NCBI GenBank assembly: GCA_029210695.1
Contig: JARGFH010000004.1
Span: forward strand, 62,001-118,466
DNA: 56,466 bases
Direction: 5' to 3'
Source of the DNA: Acidimicrobiia bacterium
GTDB lineage: Bacteria; Actinomycetota; Acidimicrobiia; Spongiisociales; JAHEDJ01
Shown: positions 27,753-37,911 of the stretch, piece after piece
How the letters are laid out: each line of letters starts with the position of its first letter
Numbering within the stretch: position 1 is the stretch's first letter
Translations under genes and position numbers: made by a program
The notes under the pieces: model-generated
Seen by the model: only the letters and a program-made list of their open reading frames with translations
Databases searched by the model: none
What the model was told of the DNA's origin: nothing

Positions 27753-30700
27753 ATGAGAAGAAGGAAAACGCGTTCGAGTCTTGCCGTGGTAACGGTACTG
27801 GCGATGTTGATGGCGTTGTTGCCGGTAGTTGCTTTGCCGGTCGCGGCGGCTACTACCGGAGACATCGTTATCTCCGGTGTCGTCGACGGGCCACTGACCG
27901 GCGGAATCCCGAAGGCCATTGAGCTATACGTGGTCAACGACATCGACGACCTGAGCATCTACGGCGTCGGCTCCGCCAACAACGGCGGAGGAACCGACGG
28001 CGAGGAGTTCACGTTCCCGGCTGTTTCCGCTCTCGCCGGGACCTACCTCTACGTCGCGTCGGAGTCGGTTGGGTTCACCGACTTCTTCGGATTCGCTCCC
28101 GACTACACCAGTGCCGCGGCAAACGTGAACGGTGACGACGCTATCGAACTCTTCATGAATGGCATCGTCGTCGACGTATTCGGCGACATAAACGTCGATG
28201 GTTCGGGACAACCCTGGGAGTACCTCGACGGTTGGGCCTACCGGGTTGCCGACACAGGTCAAGACGGTTCGACGTTCGTGCTGGCCAACTGGACGTTCTC
28301 CGATCCGAACGCGCTCGATGGAGAGACCTCGAATGCCACCGCTACGACCCCGTTCCCCCTCGGTACGTTTGGTGGGGTGGTTGTTCCCACGCCTGCGTTG
28401 ATCATCAACGAGGTAGATGCGGATCAGGTTGGGACCGACGCAGGTGAGTTCGTTGAGCTATTCGACGGTGGCTTCGGAGCGACCACCCTCGACGGACACT
28501 CCATTGTTCTCTACAACGGATCGGATGACGTCTCATACCTCTCGTTCGATCTAGATGGCTACACAACGAATGCCGACGGCTACTTCGTCCTATGTGGGAA
28601 TACTGCGAACGTCGCCGGTTGCGACCTCGACGTGTCTCCCGATACGGATCTGATCCAAAACGGTCCTGATGCTGTTGCTCTCGTCGAGGGTGACGCAGTC
28701 AACTATCCGAACGACACGCCGGTCACAGCGGACGGCTTGATCGACGCGATCGTGTACGACACCGACGATGGCGACGACGCGGGGCTTCTCGTGCTCCTCA
28801 ACGCCGGGCAGCCACAAGTTAATGAGCGCGGCGGTGGAGACGGGACCGCGCATTCGAACCAGCGTTGCCCCAACGGATCGGGCGGTGCCCTAAACACTGA
28901 TACCTATGCGCAATACCTGCCGACGCCGGGAGCGACGAACACCTGTGTTGCGCCGACGCTCGATCTCACGATCGTTGAGATTCAGACGCCCGTCGTCGGG
29001 ACAGGCTCGCCCTTCGAGGGCGACCGGGTCCGCACGCAGGGCGTGGTGACGGCCGTGCTCGGTGACTACGTCTTCATTCAGGATGGCACGGGTCCGTATT
29101 CCGGCCTAATGCTGTTCAGACCGACTGAAGCGGTCGAGCTCGGCGACCTGGTGCTGGCCGAGGGCGTCGTCTCTGAGTACTTCGGGCTCACGGAGATCGC
29201 CGGCGCAGTCGTGACCGTGCTCGGCACTGGCAATCCCATTCCCGCTCCCGAAGTCCTTGCGACCGGAGCCGTAGGGGATGAGGCGTGGGAGTCGGTCTTC
29301 GTCAGAGCCGAGAACGCGACTGTGACGGACGATGACCTCGGGTTTGGTGAATGGATCATCGATGATTCGAGTGGACCTGTGGTCGTCGATGATCTCGGTT
29401 CATACACGTACGATCCGACGAACGGCGACGTTCTGACCTACGTTCAAGGGCCCCTGTTCTTCTCGTTCGGTGACTTCAAGATCGAGCCCAGAAGCCTGAC
29501 CGACATCGGCCTCGACTCTTGCTCGGCCCCGTTCACTCCGATCTTCGCTATTCAGGGAAGTGGGGCGGCCAGCAGCTACGACGGGACGGACGTTTGGACG
29601 GAAGGCGTCGTAACGGCCGATTTCCAGGCGAGCTCGCAGCTGAGTGCGTTCTACATTCAGGATCCTGTAGGCGATGCGGATTCGGCGACATCCGACGGTG
29701 TCATGGTCTACCACCGCGATACGTGGGGCTACGACGTGAACGTGGGTGACCACGTGCGAGTGTTGGCAGAGGTTGATGAGTTCAACGGACTCACCGAACT
29801 GACGTCGGTCGACAACGTGATCGACTGTGGAACGGGTTCAGTTGCGCCCACTGAGGTGGTTCTCCCGGTGGTCGACCCCGGCGCCTGGGAGTCCTACGAG
29901 GGGATGTTGATCACCTTCCCGCAGAGCCTCAGTATCTCGGAGTTTTTCAACTTCGATCGCTTCGGCGAGATGGTGCTGTCGAACGGCCGGCAGTTCCAGC
30001 CGACCCAGATCTTCGAGCCCGGTTCGTCGGAGGCGACAGATCTTCTGGCTGAAAACCTTCGTAACCGGATCACTCTGGATGACGGACGCGGGAGTCAGAA
30101 TCCGGATCCGGCGATTCATCCCAACGGTGCGATCTTCGATCTCACCAACCGGTTCCGGGGGGGTGACCATGTCACCAATGTGACCGGTGTGCTCGACTAC
30201 TCCTTCGGGAACTACAAGATCCAGCCGACCCAAGGTGCCGACTACGACGCCATCAACCCTCGGGCAGATGCCCCTGATGTGGGCGAAGCGTCGATCAAGG
30301 TCGCCTCGTTCAACGTGCTGAACCTCTTCACGCACCTGGACGATGGTGTGAATGACATCTGTGGCCCCACCGGACTCGATGAGTGTCGCGGTGCCGACAC
30401 GGCAGAGGAGTATGAGCGCCAGTTGACAAAGATCGTGGCCGGCATCATCGGCACCGGCGCGGACGTTCTCGGACTTCAGGAGATCGAGAACGACATCCGG
30501 GACGATGAACCGGTGTATCCGAATCGCGCCCACGATCCGGTGCTGGCACTGGTTGAAGCCCTCAACGCAGTCGAAGGCGACGGAACGTGGGCGTGGGCAG
30601 GTGAAGCGACCTACTACAACGACTACCCGGTTCGCAACGAGATCATCTACCGGACTGAGTCGGTAACCCCGATCGGGACACCGGTAGCGCTCGAGGACCC

Positions 30701-31643
30701 GGCCTTCGATGTTTCAGCCAGCGGGGACGACCCCGTCGGGCGTCCGCCGCTCGCTCAGACGTTCGCGGACGGCAACGGCGAGGTGTTCACCGTGGTCACG
30801 AACCACTTCAAGTCGAAGGGTTCGTCGTGTGGTTCACTTGGAGATCCCGACACGGGCGACGGGTCCGGGAACTGCAACTTGACGCGGGTGGCGCAGTCCG
30901 AAGCCCTGCTGCTCTTCGTTGCGGACCTTCCGGCCGCAACCCAAGACAATGATGTTCTCATCATCGGTGACCTGAACAGCTATGCGAAGGAGGCCCCGGT
31001 CAGTGCGCTCGAGGATGCTGGGTACACCAATCTCCTCGCGCTGTACGACGGTCCGGAGGAGTACACCTACGTCTTCGATGGGCAGCTCGGCAACCTCGAT
31101 CATGCGCTCGGAAGTAGCTCGGTCCTTTCGCAGGTAACCGGCACGGCTGCCTGGCACATCAACTCCGATGAGCCCGACATCCTCGATTACGACACGTCCT
31201 TCAAGAAGGACGCACAGGTTCTGCTTTACGAGCCAAACGCCTATCGGGCGTCGGATCACGATCCGGTGATCGTTGGGTTGGACCTCACTGCAGCGTCCGA
31301 CTTCGTCGTCGAGGTAGCGCCAAACAGGCTCTGGCCGCCGAATCACGAATACCGTGAGGTAGTGGTCAGTGGTACTGACGCGGAGGCGGACCTGTGGATA
31401 GAGATCCTCGAGGCCGTTTCATCCGAGTTGGACTGCTGCTACGACATGTACGACTTGCCAAGTGACGTGGTAATCACGAGCGACACGACTGTGGATCTGC
31501 GGGCCGAGCGTTATACCGAGGTGCTCGGACGGACCTACACGATCACGGCGTATGCCTGGGACGGCGCCGGTAACGCGCTCCTCACGGACGTGTTCGTGTC
31601 CGTCCCCCACGATCAACGCAACAAGAAGGTATCGAAGAATTAG
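27753..31643 (+). CDS. ExeM/NucH-family extracellular endonuclease with lamin-tail and OB domains
   Basis: Signal peptide, two LTD-like domains, OB folds, WESYEGM, ASFNVLN, LQEIEN, NHFKSKG, GDLNSY and SDHDP. Confidence 0.92.
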   Translation: MRRRKTRSSLAVVTVLAMLMALLPVVALPVAAATTGDIVISGVVDGPLTGGIPKAIELYVVNDIDDLSIYGVGSANNGGGTDGEEFTFPAVSALAGTYLYVASESVGFTDFFGFAPDYTSAAANVNGDDAIELFMNGIVVDVFGDINVDGSGQPWEYLDGWAYRVADTGQDGSTFVLANWTFSDPNALDGETSNATATTPFPLGTFGGVVVPTPALIINEVDADQVGTDAGEFVELFDGGFGATTLDGHSIVLYNGSDDVSYLSFDLDGYTTNADGYFVLCGNTANVAGCDLDVSPDTDLIQNGPDAVALVEGDAVNYPNDTPVTADGLIDAIVYDTDDGDDAGLLVLLNAGQPQVNERGGGDGTAHSNQRCPNGSGGALNTDTYAQYLPTPGATNTCVAPTLDLTIVEIQTPVVGTGSPFEGDRVRTQGVVTAVLGDYVFIQDGTGPYSGLMLFRPTEAVELGDLVLAEGVVSEYFGLTEIAGAVVTVLGTGNPIPAPEVLATGAVGDEAWESVFVRAENATVTDDDLGFGEWIIDDSSGPVVVDDLGSYTYDPTNGDVLTYVQGPLFFSFGDFKIEPRSLTDIGLDSCSAPFTPIFAIQGSGAASSYDGTDVWTEGVVTADFQASSQLSAFYIQDPVGDADSATSDGVMVYHRDTWGYDVNVGDHVRVLAEVDEFNGLTELTSVDNVIDCGTGSVAPTEVVLPVVDPGAWESYEGMLITFPQSLSISEFFNFDRFGEMVLSNGRQFQPTQIFEPGSSEATDLLAENLRNRITLDDGRGSQNPDPAIHPNGAIFDLTNRFRGGDHVTNVTGVLDYSFGNYKIQPTQGADYDAINPRADAPDVGEASIKVASFNVLNLFTHLDDGVNDICGPTGLDECRGADTAEEYERQLTKIVAGIIGTGADVLGLQEIENDIRDDEPVYPNRAHDPVLALVEALNAVEGDGTWAWAGEATYYNDYPVRNEIIYRTESVTPIGTPVALEDPAFDVSASGDDPVGRPPLAQTFADGNGEVFTVVTNHFKSKGSSCGSLGDPDTGDGSGNCNLTRVAQSEALLLFVADLPAATQDNDVLIIGDLNSYAKEAPVSALEDAGYTNLLALYDGPEEYTYVFDGQLGNLDHALGSSSVLSQVTGTAAWHINSDEPDILDYDTSFKKDAQVLLYEPNAYRASDHDPVIVGLDLTAASDFVVEVAPNRLWPPNHEYREVVVSGTDAEADLWIEILEAVSSELDCCYDMYDLPSDVVITSDTTVDLRAERYTEVLGRTYTITAYAWDGAGNALLTDVFVSVPHDQRNKKVSKN

Positions 31644-31672
31644 TTCCGAGTTGGGAGGCTGGGAGCAAACGA

Positions 31673-31698
31673 GAAGCGGGCCCTTCGGGGCCCGCTTC
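31673..31698. terminator. 11-bp-stem hairpin with UUCG tetraloop after the nuclease gene
   Basis: GAAGCGGGCCC-TTCG-GGGCCCGCTTC. Confidence 0.7.
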
Positions 31699-31710
31699 CC
31701 TGTCTCAAAC

Positions 31711-31764
31711 CCGTTTTCGCGCGGGAATCCCACCTCATAGGGTGCGATTCCCGCGCGAAAACGG
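31711..31764. repeat. 54-bp palindrome (19-bp perfect stem), REP-like
   Basis: CCGTTTTCGCGCGGGAATC...GATTCCCGCGCGAAAACGG. Confidence 0.7.
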
Positions 31765-31772
31765 AGAACCGA

Positions 31773-31991
31773 CTACTTGACGGCGAAGGCCAGTTTGAGG
31801 GTGGCGTGGTATTGCACGACCTTTCCCTCGTATACCCGGGCGGTCTGGTTGGTCACCTCGACTCCCGTTATGCCTTTGACGGTTTCCGCGGCTTTGGCGA
31901 CGCCTTGTGAGACGGCGTCTTCGAAGCTGCGATCCGAGATTCCGATGATCTCGATGACCTTGACCGCTCCGCGATCGATTGACTCTGACAT
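31773..31991 (-). CDS. Dodecin family flavin-binding protein
   Basis: KVIEIIGIS..SFEDAV...KAAETVKGI...YHATLKLAF; AGGAGG RBS. Confidence 0.88.
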   Translation of the reverse strand: MSESIDRGAVKVIEIIGISDRSFEDAVSQGVAKAAETVKGITGVEVTNQTARVYEGKVVQYHATLKLAFAVK

Positions 31992-32145
31992 TCCTATTCC
32001 TCCTGCTCAGCGTTCTCCACGATGCTAGGCCGACGCTGAACGTGCCGAAGTTCGAGTGAATCGCAGGTCGCAGACCCATCCGATCGACACCAGGAATGCC
32101 CGGAAAGGGGTTATAGAGGTGGCATATGGAGCCGACAGTGTACGT

Positions 32146-33405
32146 ATGACGCAAATGGCAAGTGCGCAGAGGCTGCGTCGAAGTGAGTCGGTGGTCAAAT
32201 TCTCCGACATCGCCCCGACGTACCACATGGTGCGGGCGTTCACCGCAGCATCGAGTGCCGGCGCGCTGGCGATCTTTGCCTCCTCGTGGAACTTTCGGAG
32301 TGGTGCCTGGCTGGCGGTCGCCCTTGCCGTGGCGGCAACCGCGGATGCCCTGTGGCAACGAACACGGAGTTCTACCGTCGTGCCCGTGCTCCGGATGGTG
32401 TTTGACGGAGCAGTGCTGACGTTGGCAGTGATTGTGATCGGTGGCCCGGCTCTGATCGCCGGTCCGTTCGCGTACCTACTGGCCGCGGCACTTCTCATTC
32501 TTCCCCTCAATCGCGCCCTACTGATGATCGGCTACTTCGCGGCGTGGACCGTCGCCGTCTACTTCTCGGCGATCACGTCGGTCGGAGGGTCTACCCGGAT
32601 GTATCTGGGAATGGGAGCAGCCTTTGTCTTCCTGGTGGCGTTGGGCATCTTGCTGGTTGCGGTCGGTGAATCGGTTCGCCGCACCCGTGCCCGCCAGAAG
32701 GCGATGCTCGAGGACGCCATCGAAGAGAACAAAGCACGAACGCAACTGCTCGCCAGCGTCGGCCATGAACTCCGTACGCCACTCACCGCGGTAGTTGGTT
32801 TCTCACAAATTCTGCGTGAAGGCAACCTACCCAAGCACGAGATCGACGATTTGATCGCATCGCTCGCCCGTGAGGCGTTCGACCTGGCAGGCATCGTCGA
32901 CGACCTCCTCGTGGCAGCGCGCGACCAGATCGGGGAGTTGTCGGTGATCGCCGTGACCGTGAATACCCGGGCGCAGGTGGCGCAGGTCCTGGAAGGTTGG
33001 GAGCAGAGCATCGGGAGCGAGATCCAAGTCACTTCCTCGTCGGAGGCGAAGGCACTGGCCGACCCAGCCCGGCTGCGACAGATCGTGCGCAACCTCCTCA
33101 CCAATGCCCTCCGGTACGGCGGGGATCAGGTACGGGTGGAGATCGGCGATGGACCGGAGTGCGTCAATGTGCGGGTATGCGACAACGGTCCGGGCATTCC
33201 TCAGGATCGATGGCAACGCATCTTTGAACCGTACGAGCGGGAAACCGGCAAGGATCAGCAACCTGCGTCGGTCGGGCTCGGCCTCGCCGTCTCACGGCAA
33301 TTGGCCCGCCGGATGGGCGGAGATCTCACCTACCGGCACAACGGTGAGAGCGTCTTCGAGCTGTCGTTGCCCCGGGCTCCGGCCATGGAAATCGCCGGCG
33401 CGTAG
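32146..33405 (+). CDS. Orphan membrane sensor histidine kinase
   Basis: Multi-TM N-terminus; GHELRTPLT, NLLTNA, DNGPG and GLGL. Start uncertain. Confidence 0.88.
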   Translation: MTQMASAQRLRRSESVVKFSDIAPTYHMVRAFTAASSAGALAIFASSWNFRSGAWLAVALAVAATADALWQRTRSSTVVPVLRMVFDGAVLTLAVIVIGGPALIAGPFAYLLAAALLILPLNRALLMIGYFAAWTVAVYFSAITSVGGSTRMYLGMGAAFVFLVALGILLVAVGESVRRTRARQKAMLEDAIEENKARTQLLASVGHELRTPLTAVVGFSQILREGNLPKHEIDDLIASLAREAFDLAGIVDDLLVAARDQIGELSVIAVTVNTRAQVAQVLEGWEQSIGSEIQVTSSSEAKALADPARLRQIVRNLLTNALRYGGDQVRVEIGDGPECVNVRVCDNGPGIPQDRWQRIFEPYERETGKDQQPASVGLGLAVSRQLARRMGGDLTYRHNGESVFELSLPRAPAMEIAGA

Positions 33406-33463
33406 GCTCCCACTCGAGCGATCGCCGCATGGGTCCGACTCACCCGGCAGTTACGCTGTCTGG

Positions 33464-34129
33464 ATGGAACTCTCCGAAGCCCTCTACACCACCCGCGCCA
33501 TGCGCCGGGTCAAGCCGGACGCCGTGCCCGAAGACGTCGTCCGCCGAATGCTCGACGGCGCCATCCGGGCCCCATCCGGCGGCAACTCGCAGACCGGGCG
33601 GTTCATCACGATCACCGAGTCCGGCATCAAAGCGCGACTCGGTGACCTGTACCGCCAGGCCTTCGCCACTCTCCAGGGCACCGTGTACAAGGAGGCCACC
33701 GAGCGCGCCCGCGCCGCCGGTGACGAGCAGGCCGCCCGCATTCTGCGTTCGTCGCAGTGGCTGGCCGACCACTTCGAGGATGTACCGCTCTGGTTCTTCG
33801 TCTACACCCGAAACGATCCCGATGGGGCGAACATCTTCCCGGCAGTCTGGAATCTGATGCTCGCCGGGCGCGGCTGCGGGATCGGCACATGCCTGACCAC
33901 CATCCTCGGCCACTTCAAGCCCGCCGAAGTGGCCGCAGTTCTGGATGTTCCGATCGACCGTGGGTGGGAACTCAAGGCTGCCGTGTCTGCGGGTTATCCA
34001 ACGGGTCGGTGGGGCACCGCCAAACGCAATCCCGTCCATCCCATCGTCTACGCGGAAAGATGGGGAACGTCCGTGCCCTGGACCCTCGATGAGCCGATGT
34101 GGGTAGAGCCTGAGGGCTACGGCACCTGA
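33464..34129 (+). CDS. Nitroreductase family protein
   Basis: TTRAMRR, RAPSGGNSQ and WNLMLAGRGCGIG. Confidence 0.88.
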   Translation: MELSEALYTTRAMRRVKPDAVPEDVVRRMLDGAIRAPSGGNSQTGRFITITESGIKARLGDLYRQAFATLQGTVYKEATERARAAGDEQAARILRSSQWLADHFEDVPLWFFVYTRNDPDGANIFPAVWNLMLAGRGCGIGTCLTTILGHFKPAEVAAVLDVPIDRGWELKAAVSAGYPTGRWGTAKRNPVHPIVYAERWGTSVPWTLDEPMWVEPEGYGT

Positions 34130-34130
34130 A

Positions 34131-34556
34131 GCGAGTGGCGGGTTGCGGGTCGCGGGTTGCGGGTTTTGCCCCCTCTGCCGAGAGGACTCGGCATCTCCCC
34201 CACGTGCCGTGGGGGAGAAACGCGTATGGGTGTTGCTGGGGGTCTGAGGCGTTCTTTTCGGGTGGCGGCCACGATGCTGTTGAGAGGAAGAACGGTTGGG
34301 TGTCAAGGACCGCATAGCGCGTTCTCCCCCCATGGAGTGGGGGGAGTCCCGAGTCTTCGAGGGGAGGGGGGCTGAGGGTGTGGGGGAGGGCGGCTGAGTT
34401 ATGTGCGTCGTGGTTGCATGTGCCCCCTCTGCCGAGAGGACTCGGCATCTCCCCCACGTGCCGTGGGGGAGAAACGCGGGTACTCGTTGCTCCACGGTTG
34501 GCCCTTCTGCCTGGCAGACTCGGCATCCGCCTCACGTGCCGTTGGAGAGAAACGCG
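34131..34556. repeat. BIME-like composite repeat cluster 1
   Basis: Heptamer tract 34131-34165; identical 58-bp units at 34167-34224 and 34421-34478; inverted variant 34319-34371; decayed copy about 34500-34556. Confidence 0.85.
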
Positions 34557-34565
34557 TCTCGGCGA

Positions 34566-35558
34566 CTAGGCGATTCCCTCCGGGCGGAACAGAGAGTCGT
34601 GCAGGCGGAGGGCGAAACGGTCGGTCATCCCCGAGACGTAGTCGATAGCCCGGGCAGTGGAGTCGGCGTCGTCGACCCGGTACGTCTCCGGCACCTCATC
34701 GGGATGATCTATGAAGTAGTCGACGAGATCGCGGATGACCCAGATGGCGGCGTGTTTCTGCCGTTCGCCGTGTGCTCCGAGATACACCCGCTCGAACATG
34801 AATTCCCTGAACCGGTGCATCACGCTCAGCACCTCCGGGCGCATGGCGACCCGGCCTTGTTCGAGCGACTCTTCGATCACCGCCCGCACCATCGTGTCGA
34901 TCCACTCAGAACCCGGTTCCCCGAACGTGTCCATGGCCTCTCCGGGAAAGTCGCCGGGTGCGATGACACCTGCCCGCAGCGCATCCTCGACGTCGTGAGT
35001 GAGATAGGCGATCCGATCGGCGAACCGGCAGAGGAAACCCTCGGGGGTGCTCGGTGGAGGATCCACTTTCCACGAGTGGGCACGGATACCGTCGAGGGTC
35101 TCCCACGTCAGGTTCAGAGGTTCCAGCACGCTCAGCAATCGAACGCTCTGCTGAGAGTGCATCCACTCCCCATCCACGTACGGCGAGAGGGCATCTTCGC
35201 CTGTATGACCGAAAGGCGAATGTCCGGTGTCGTGACCGAGACAGATCGCCTCGGTCAGGGCCTCATTGAGGCCAAGCGGCACAGCTATCGCTCGACCGAT
35301 CTGGGTCACCTGAAGCGTGTGGGTCAGTCTTGTCACGAAGTGGTCGCCCTCGGGGTTGAGAAAGACCTGGGTCTTGTGCTTGAGGCGCCGGAAGGCTTTC
35401 GAGTGGAGGATCCGATCCCGATCTCGCTCGAAGGCCGTTCGGTACTCATCCGGTTCCTCGTCAGCTGCCCGCCCCTTCGACTCAGAGGAAAGCGTCGCCT
35501 CGGGCGAGAGCAGTTCCCGCTCCCGCGCCTCACGCTCTTCTCGCTTGATCAACCTCAT
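34566..35558 (-). CDS. dgt: HD-domain dGTP triphosphohydrolase-like protein
   Basis: FERDRDRILHSKAFRRLKHKTQV, TRLTHT, GHDTGHSPFGHTGE and DYVSGMTD. Confidence 0.92.
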   Translation of the reverse strand: MRLIKREEREARERELLSPEATLSSESKGRAADEEPDEYRTAFERDRDRILHSKAFRRLKHKTQVFLNPEGDHFVTRLTHTLQVTQIGRAIAVPLGLNEALTEAICLGHDTGHSPFGHTGEDALSPYVDGEWMHSQQSVRLLSVLEPLNLTWETLDGIRAHSWKVDPPPSTPEGFLCRFADRIAYLTHDVEDALRAGVIAPGDFPGEAMDTFGEPGSEWIDTMVRAVIEESLEQGRVAMRPEVLSVMHRFREFMFERVYLGAHGERQKHAAIWVIRDLVDYFIDHPDEVPETYRVDDADSTARAIDYVSGMTDRFALRLHDSLFRPEGIA

Positions 35559-35563
35559 ACCGG

Positions 35564-35598
35564 TAAACCTAGAACCTAGAACTCAGAACCTAGAACCC
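35564..35598. repeat. Heptamer tandem repeat (AGAACCT/AGAACTC)
   Basis: 5 units; the same family occurs at 48447-48474 and, inverted, at 51354-51381. Confidence 0.75.
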
Positions 35599-35625
35599 GG
35601 CTGGTCCGATGAAGGCGTACAAACC

Positions 35626-37911
35626 TCAGACGAGCCTTTCACGCAACCGTGCAGATATGTAGTCCATGCTGGCAACGACGATGGCGATCGCCAGCATCTG
35701 GGCGGCTGCGGCCCGATACTGCAGGAGGTTGATGTTCTGCTGCAGCAAGAAGCCGATGCCACCACCTCCGACGAAACCGATGATCGTCGACATGCGGACG
35801 TTGATGTCCCACCGATACATAGTGAACGAGATGTACGGCGGAATGATCTGCGGCACCACGGCATAGACCACCGTTTGCAATCTGGTTGCTCCGGTAGCAC
35901 GCACCGCTTCGAGAGGTCCGGCCGAGATGCTCTCGACCTGCTCGGAGTAGAGCTTGGCGAGTGCAGCCGTCGTATGGAGAGCGAGGGCCAATGAGCCGGC
36001 GAACGGCCCGAACCCAACCCAGACAACGAACACAATGCCCATGACGAGAGGTTCGATCGACCTGAGCGTGTTGAACAGCGTGCGAGCCGCGTAGTAGATC
36101 ACCAGACCAACGCTCACCGACTCCTTTCGGTATGCTCGGATCGCCAGGGCCAGGCCGATGACGGTGCCGATGACCAGCGGAATCCATAAGGTCCTGGTCG
36201 GGTTTCCGATCTCGTAGAACCACTCGATGACGGCCCCGATGATCACCGCGACGATGGCACCTGCCGCCGCCGCCAGGGGCAGGTTGATGGTTCGAACGAC
36301 GCCTGCCGGGAGTCTGGTCCGCAACGAGTAGCCGAGTCTGCCTGCCAGATTGGCCAGGACTCCGGCACCCAACAGGGCGGCAATCACCACGAGGATGGCC
36401 GCCAGCAACTCGCCGATCGTGGCGATGAATCTACCCAGGAACGCGAACACGCCGAGACGGTCAGCCAGCCAACCCCCGACATTCATCGACAGTTCCGAGA
36501 GGAGATACATCACGACCGTGCCGGCAAAGGCGGCGACTCCGAGTACACCACCCCTTGTCGCCTTGATCCTTGTGGACGGCGGTTCGTCCTCGACCTCGGG
36601 AATTGCCCACCGGAAGGCGTACAGGATGGCGGCAGGGATCAGGATGACTCCCGCTAGCAGCATGAGCCAGTTGTCAACGAACAGGTCTGCGATATCACTT
36701 GCCCACCCGGCCAGAACCGCGCCTCCCAACAGCCCGGCCGGGATGGCGAGGAGATTGAGCGACAAGTTCATCACCGGGGTGCTGATGTCACGCATGAGAT
36801 TTCTGGCGGCCATGAAGCTCAGCGGTATTGCCAGCAATGTGCCGACGGTTGTGGCGAGGAACGCCAGGGCGACCGTCTCGATGATCTTGTCCCACGTACT
36901 GAGCGCATTCTCGGACAGCCTCGGCGAGAGTGCGAAGAGGTCACCAACGGCCGTCCGGTCGAACCGGTTGAGTTCCGTCGTGTCGTAGACGACCACCGCC
37001 CATTCGCTGAGGTCCGTTCCCGATTCGCCCGAGATGGTCACCTGCGGCGTCTCGGCAGCCAGGTCGGTCGAGCTGAGAACGATCTCGGCGCTGTTGCCTG
37101 TGACGTCGCCGGTGAACGTCTGCTCGAGGTCTGCGCCGACTACAAAGGGAATCTCGCCTTGCGCGGGCCCCGATCGCGGAATGCTCTCATTGCCGAAGGC
37201 GATGAACTGAACGGGATTGTCTTCAGCGTCGACGAGTGCCACCGCCCCGATCGACTGCACTCGACCGGTGGTCACGTCAATCACGATCTCCCCTGAGTTG
37301 GGGATGATCCCATCGTCCTCGACACCGTTTGCATTGGCGTCGGTCCAGACTGAAACCCGATTTGTCCACGAGCCGACTTCAGTCTTGGTTCGAGCCTGTA
37401 TCTGCTGAGGGTTCTCCGATTCCCGGGCCGGTAGCTCGACCTCGACTGTGAATAATCCATCGGCGTCGGTGTCGAAGCGGGCCAGCGTCAGCGTGATGGG
37501 GAAGTCCGAGTCGGGCACGAAGTCCAGTCCGGCCGATGTCTCGGGCTGGAAACCGTACCCTTCCACGGTGACGGTGTCGCCGGGGTTCCCGCATGGCGGA
37601 GTGACCACGATGTATGGCTCGGTCAAGTCGTTCTCGGTCGGCCCATCGGAGCAAGGAACGTAGAGGTCGAAGTTGACGAGGATATCTTGGGTGTCGAACT
37701 GGACGAGATCAGGATGTGCAAGGGCGCGCAGAATGCGGAATAGCTGTTCCCGCCGTGTCTCATCCTTGATCTGCGAGAGGTCGACCTCGGTGGCCTGAAC
37801 GCTGAAGGCATATGCAACGAAGGCAAAGGTGATCCCGAGCACGATGACGAACCAGCGCCTGGTGTGGCGTTTCTCCGTCTTCGGGACGGGATTGGCGTTG
37901 CTAGCCGACAC
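35626..37911 (-). CDS. phnE: PhnE/PtxC-type ABC permease with large extracytoplasmic and membrane insertions
   Basis: LRSIEPL, GPFAGSLAL, KLYSEQVE, EAVRATGA and RWDINVRMSTIIG; about 760 aa. Confidence 0.88.
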   Translation of the reverse strand: MSASNANPVPKTEKRHTRRWFVIVLGITFAFVAYAFSVQATEVDLSQIKDETRREQLFRILRALAHPDLVQFDTQDILVNFDLYVPCSDGPTENDLTEPYIVVTPPCGNPGDTVTVEGYGFQPETSAGLDFVPDSDFPITLTLARFDTDADGLFTVEVELPARESENPQQIQARTKTEVGSWTNRVSVWTDANANGVEDDGIIPNSGEIVIDVTTGRVQSIGAVALVDAEDNPVQFIAFGNESIPRSGPAQGEIPFVVGADLEQTFTGDVTGNSAEIVLSSTDLAAETPQVTISGESGTDLSEWAVVVYDTTELNRFDRTAVGDLFALSPRLSENALSTWDKIIETVALAFLATTVGTLLAIPLSFMAARNLMRDISTPVMNLSLNLLAIPAGLLGGAVLAGWASDIADLFVDNWLMLLAGVILIPAAILYAFRWAIPEVEDEPPSTRIKATRGGVLGVAAFAGTVVMYLLSELSMNVGGWLADRLGVFAFLGRFIATIGELLAAILVVIAALLGAGVLANLAGRLGYSLRTRLPAGVVRTINLPLAAAAGAIVAVIIGAVIEWFYEIGNPTRTLWIPLVIGTVIGLALAIRAYRKESVSVGLVIYYAARTLFNTLRSIEPLVMGIVFVVWVGFGPFAGSLALALHTTAALAKLYSEQVESISAGPLEAVRATGATRLQTVVYAVVPQIIPPYISFTMYRWDINVRMSTIIGFVGGGGIGFLLQQNINLLQYRAAAAQMLAIAIVVASMDYISARLRERLV

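Noticed and set aside
33440..34535. ORFs spanning the repeat cluster
   Set aside because: Translations merely echo the palindromic repeats and overlap the nitroreductase antisense.
34167..34556. Repeated 58-bp units as a CRISPR array
   Set aside because: Units are too long, spacing is irregular, orientation alternates, and no cas genes are present.
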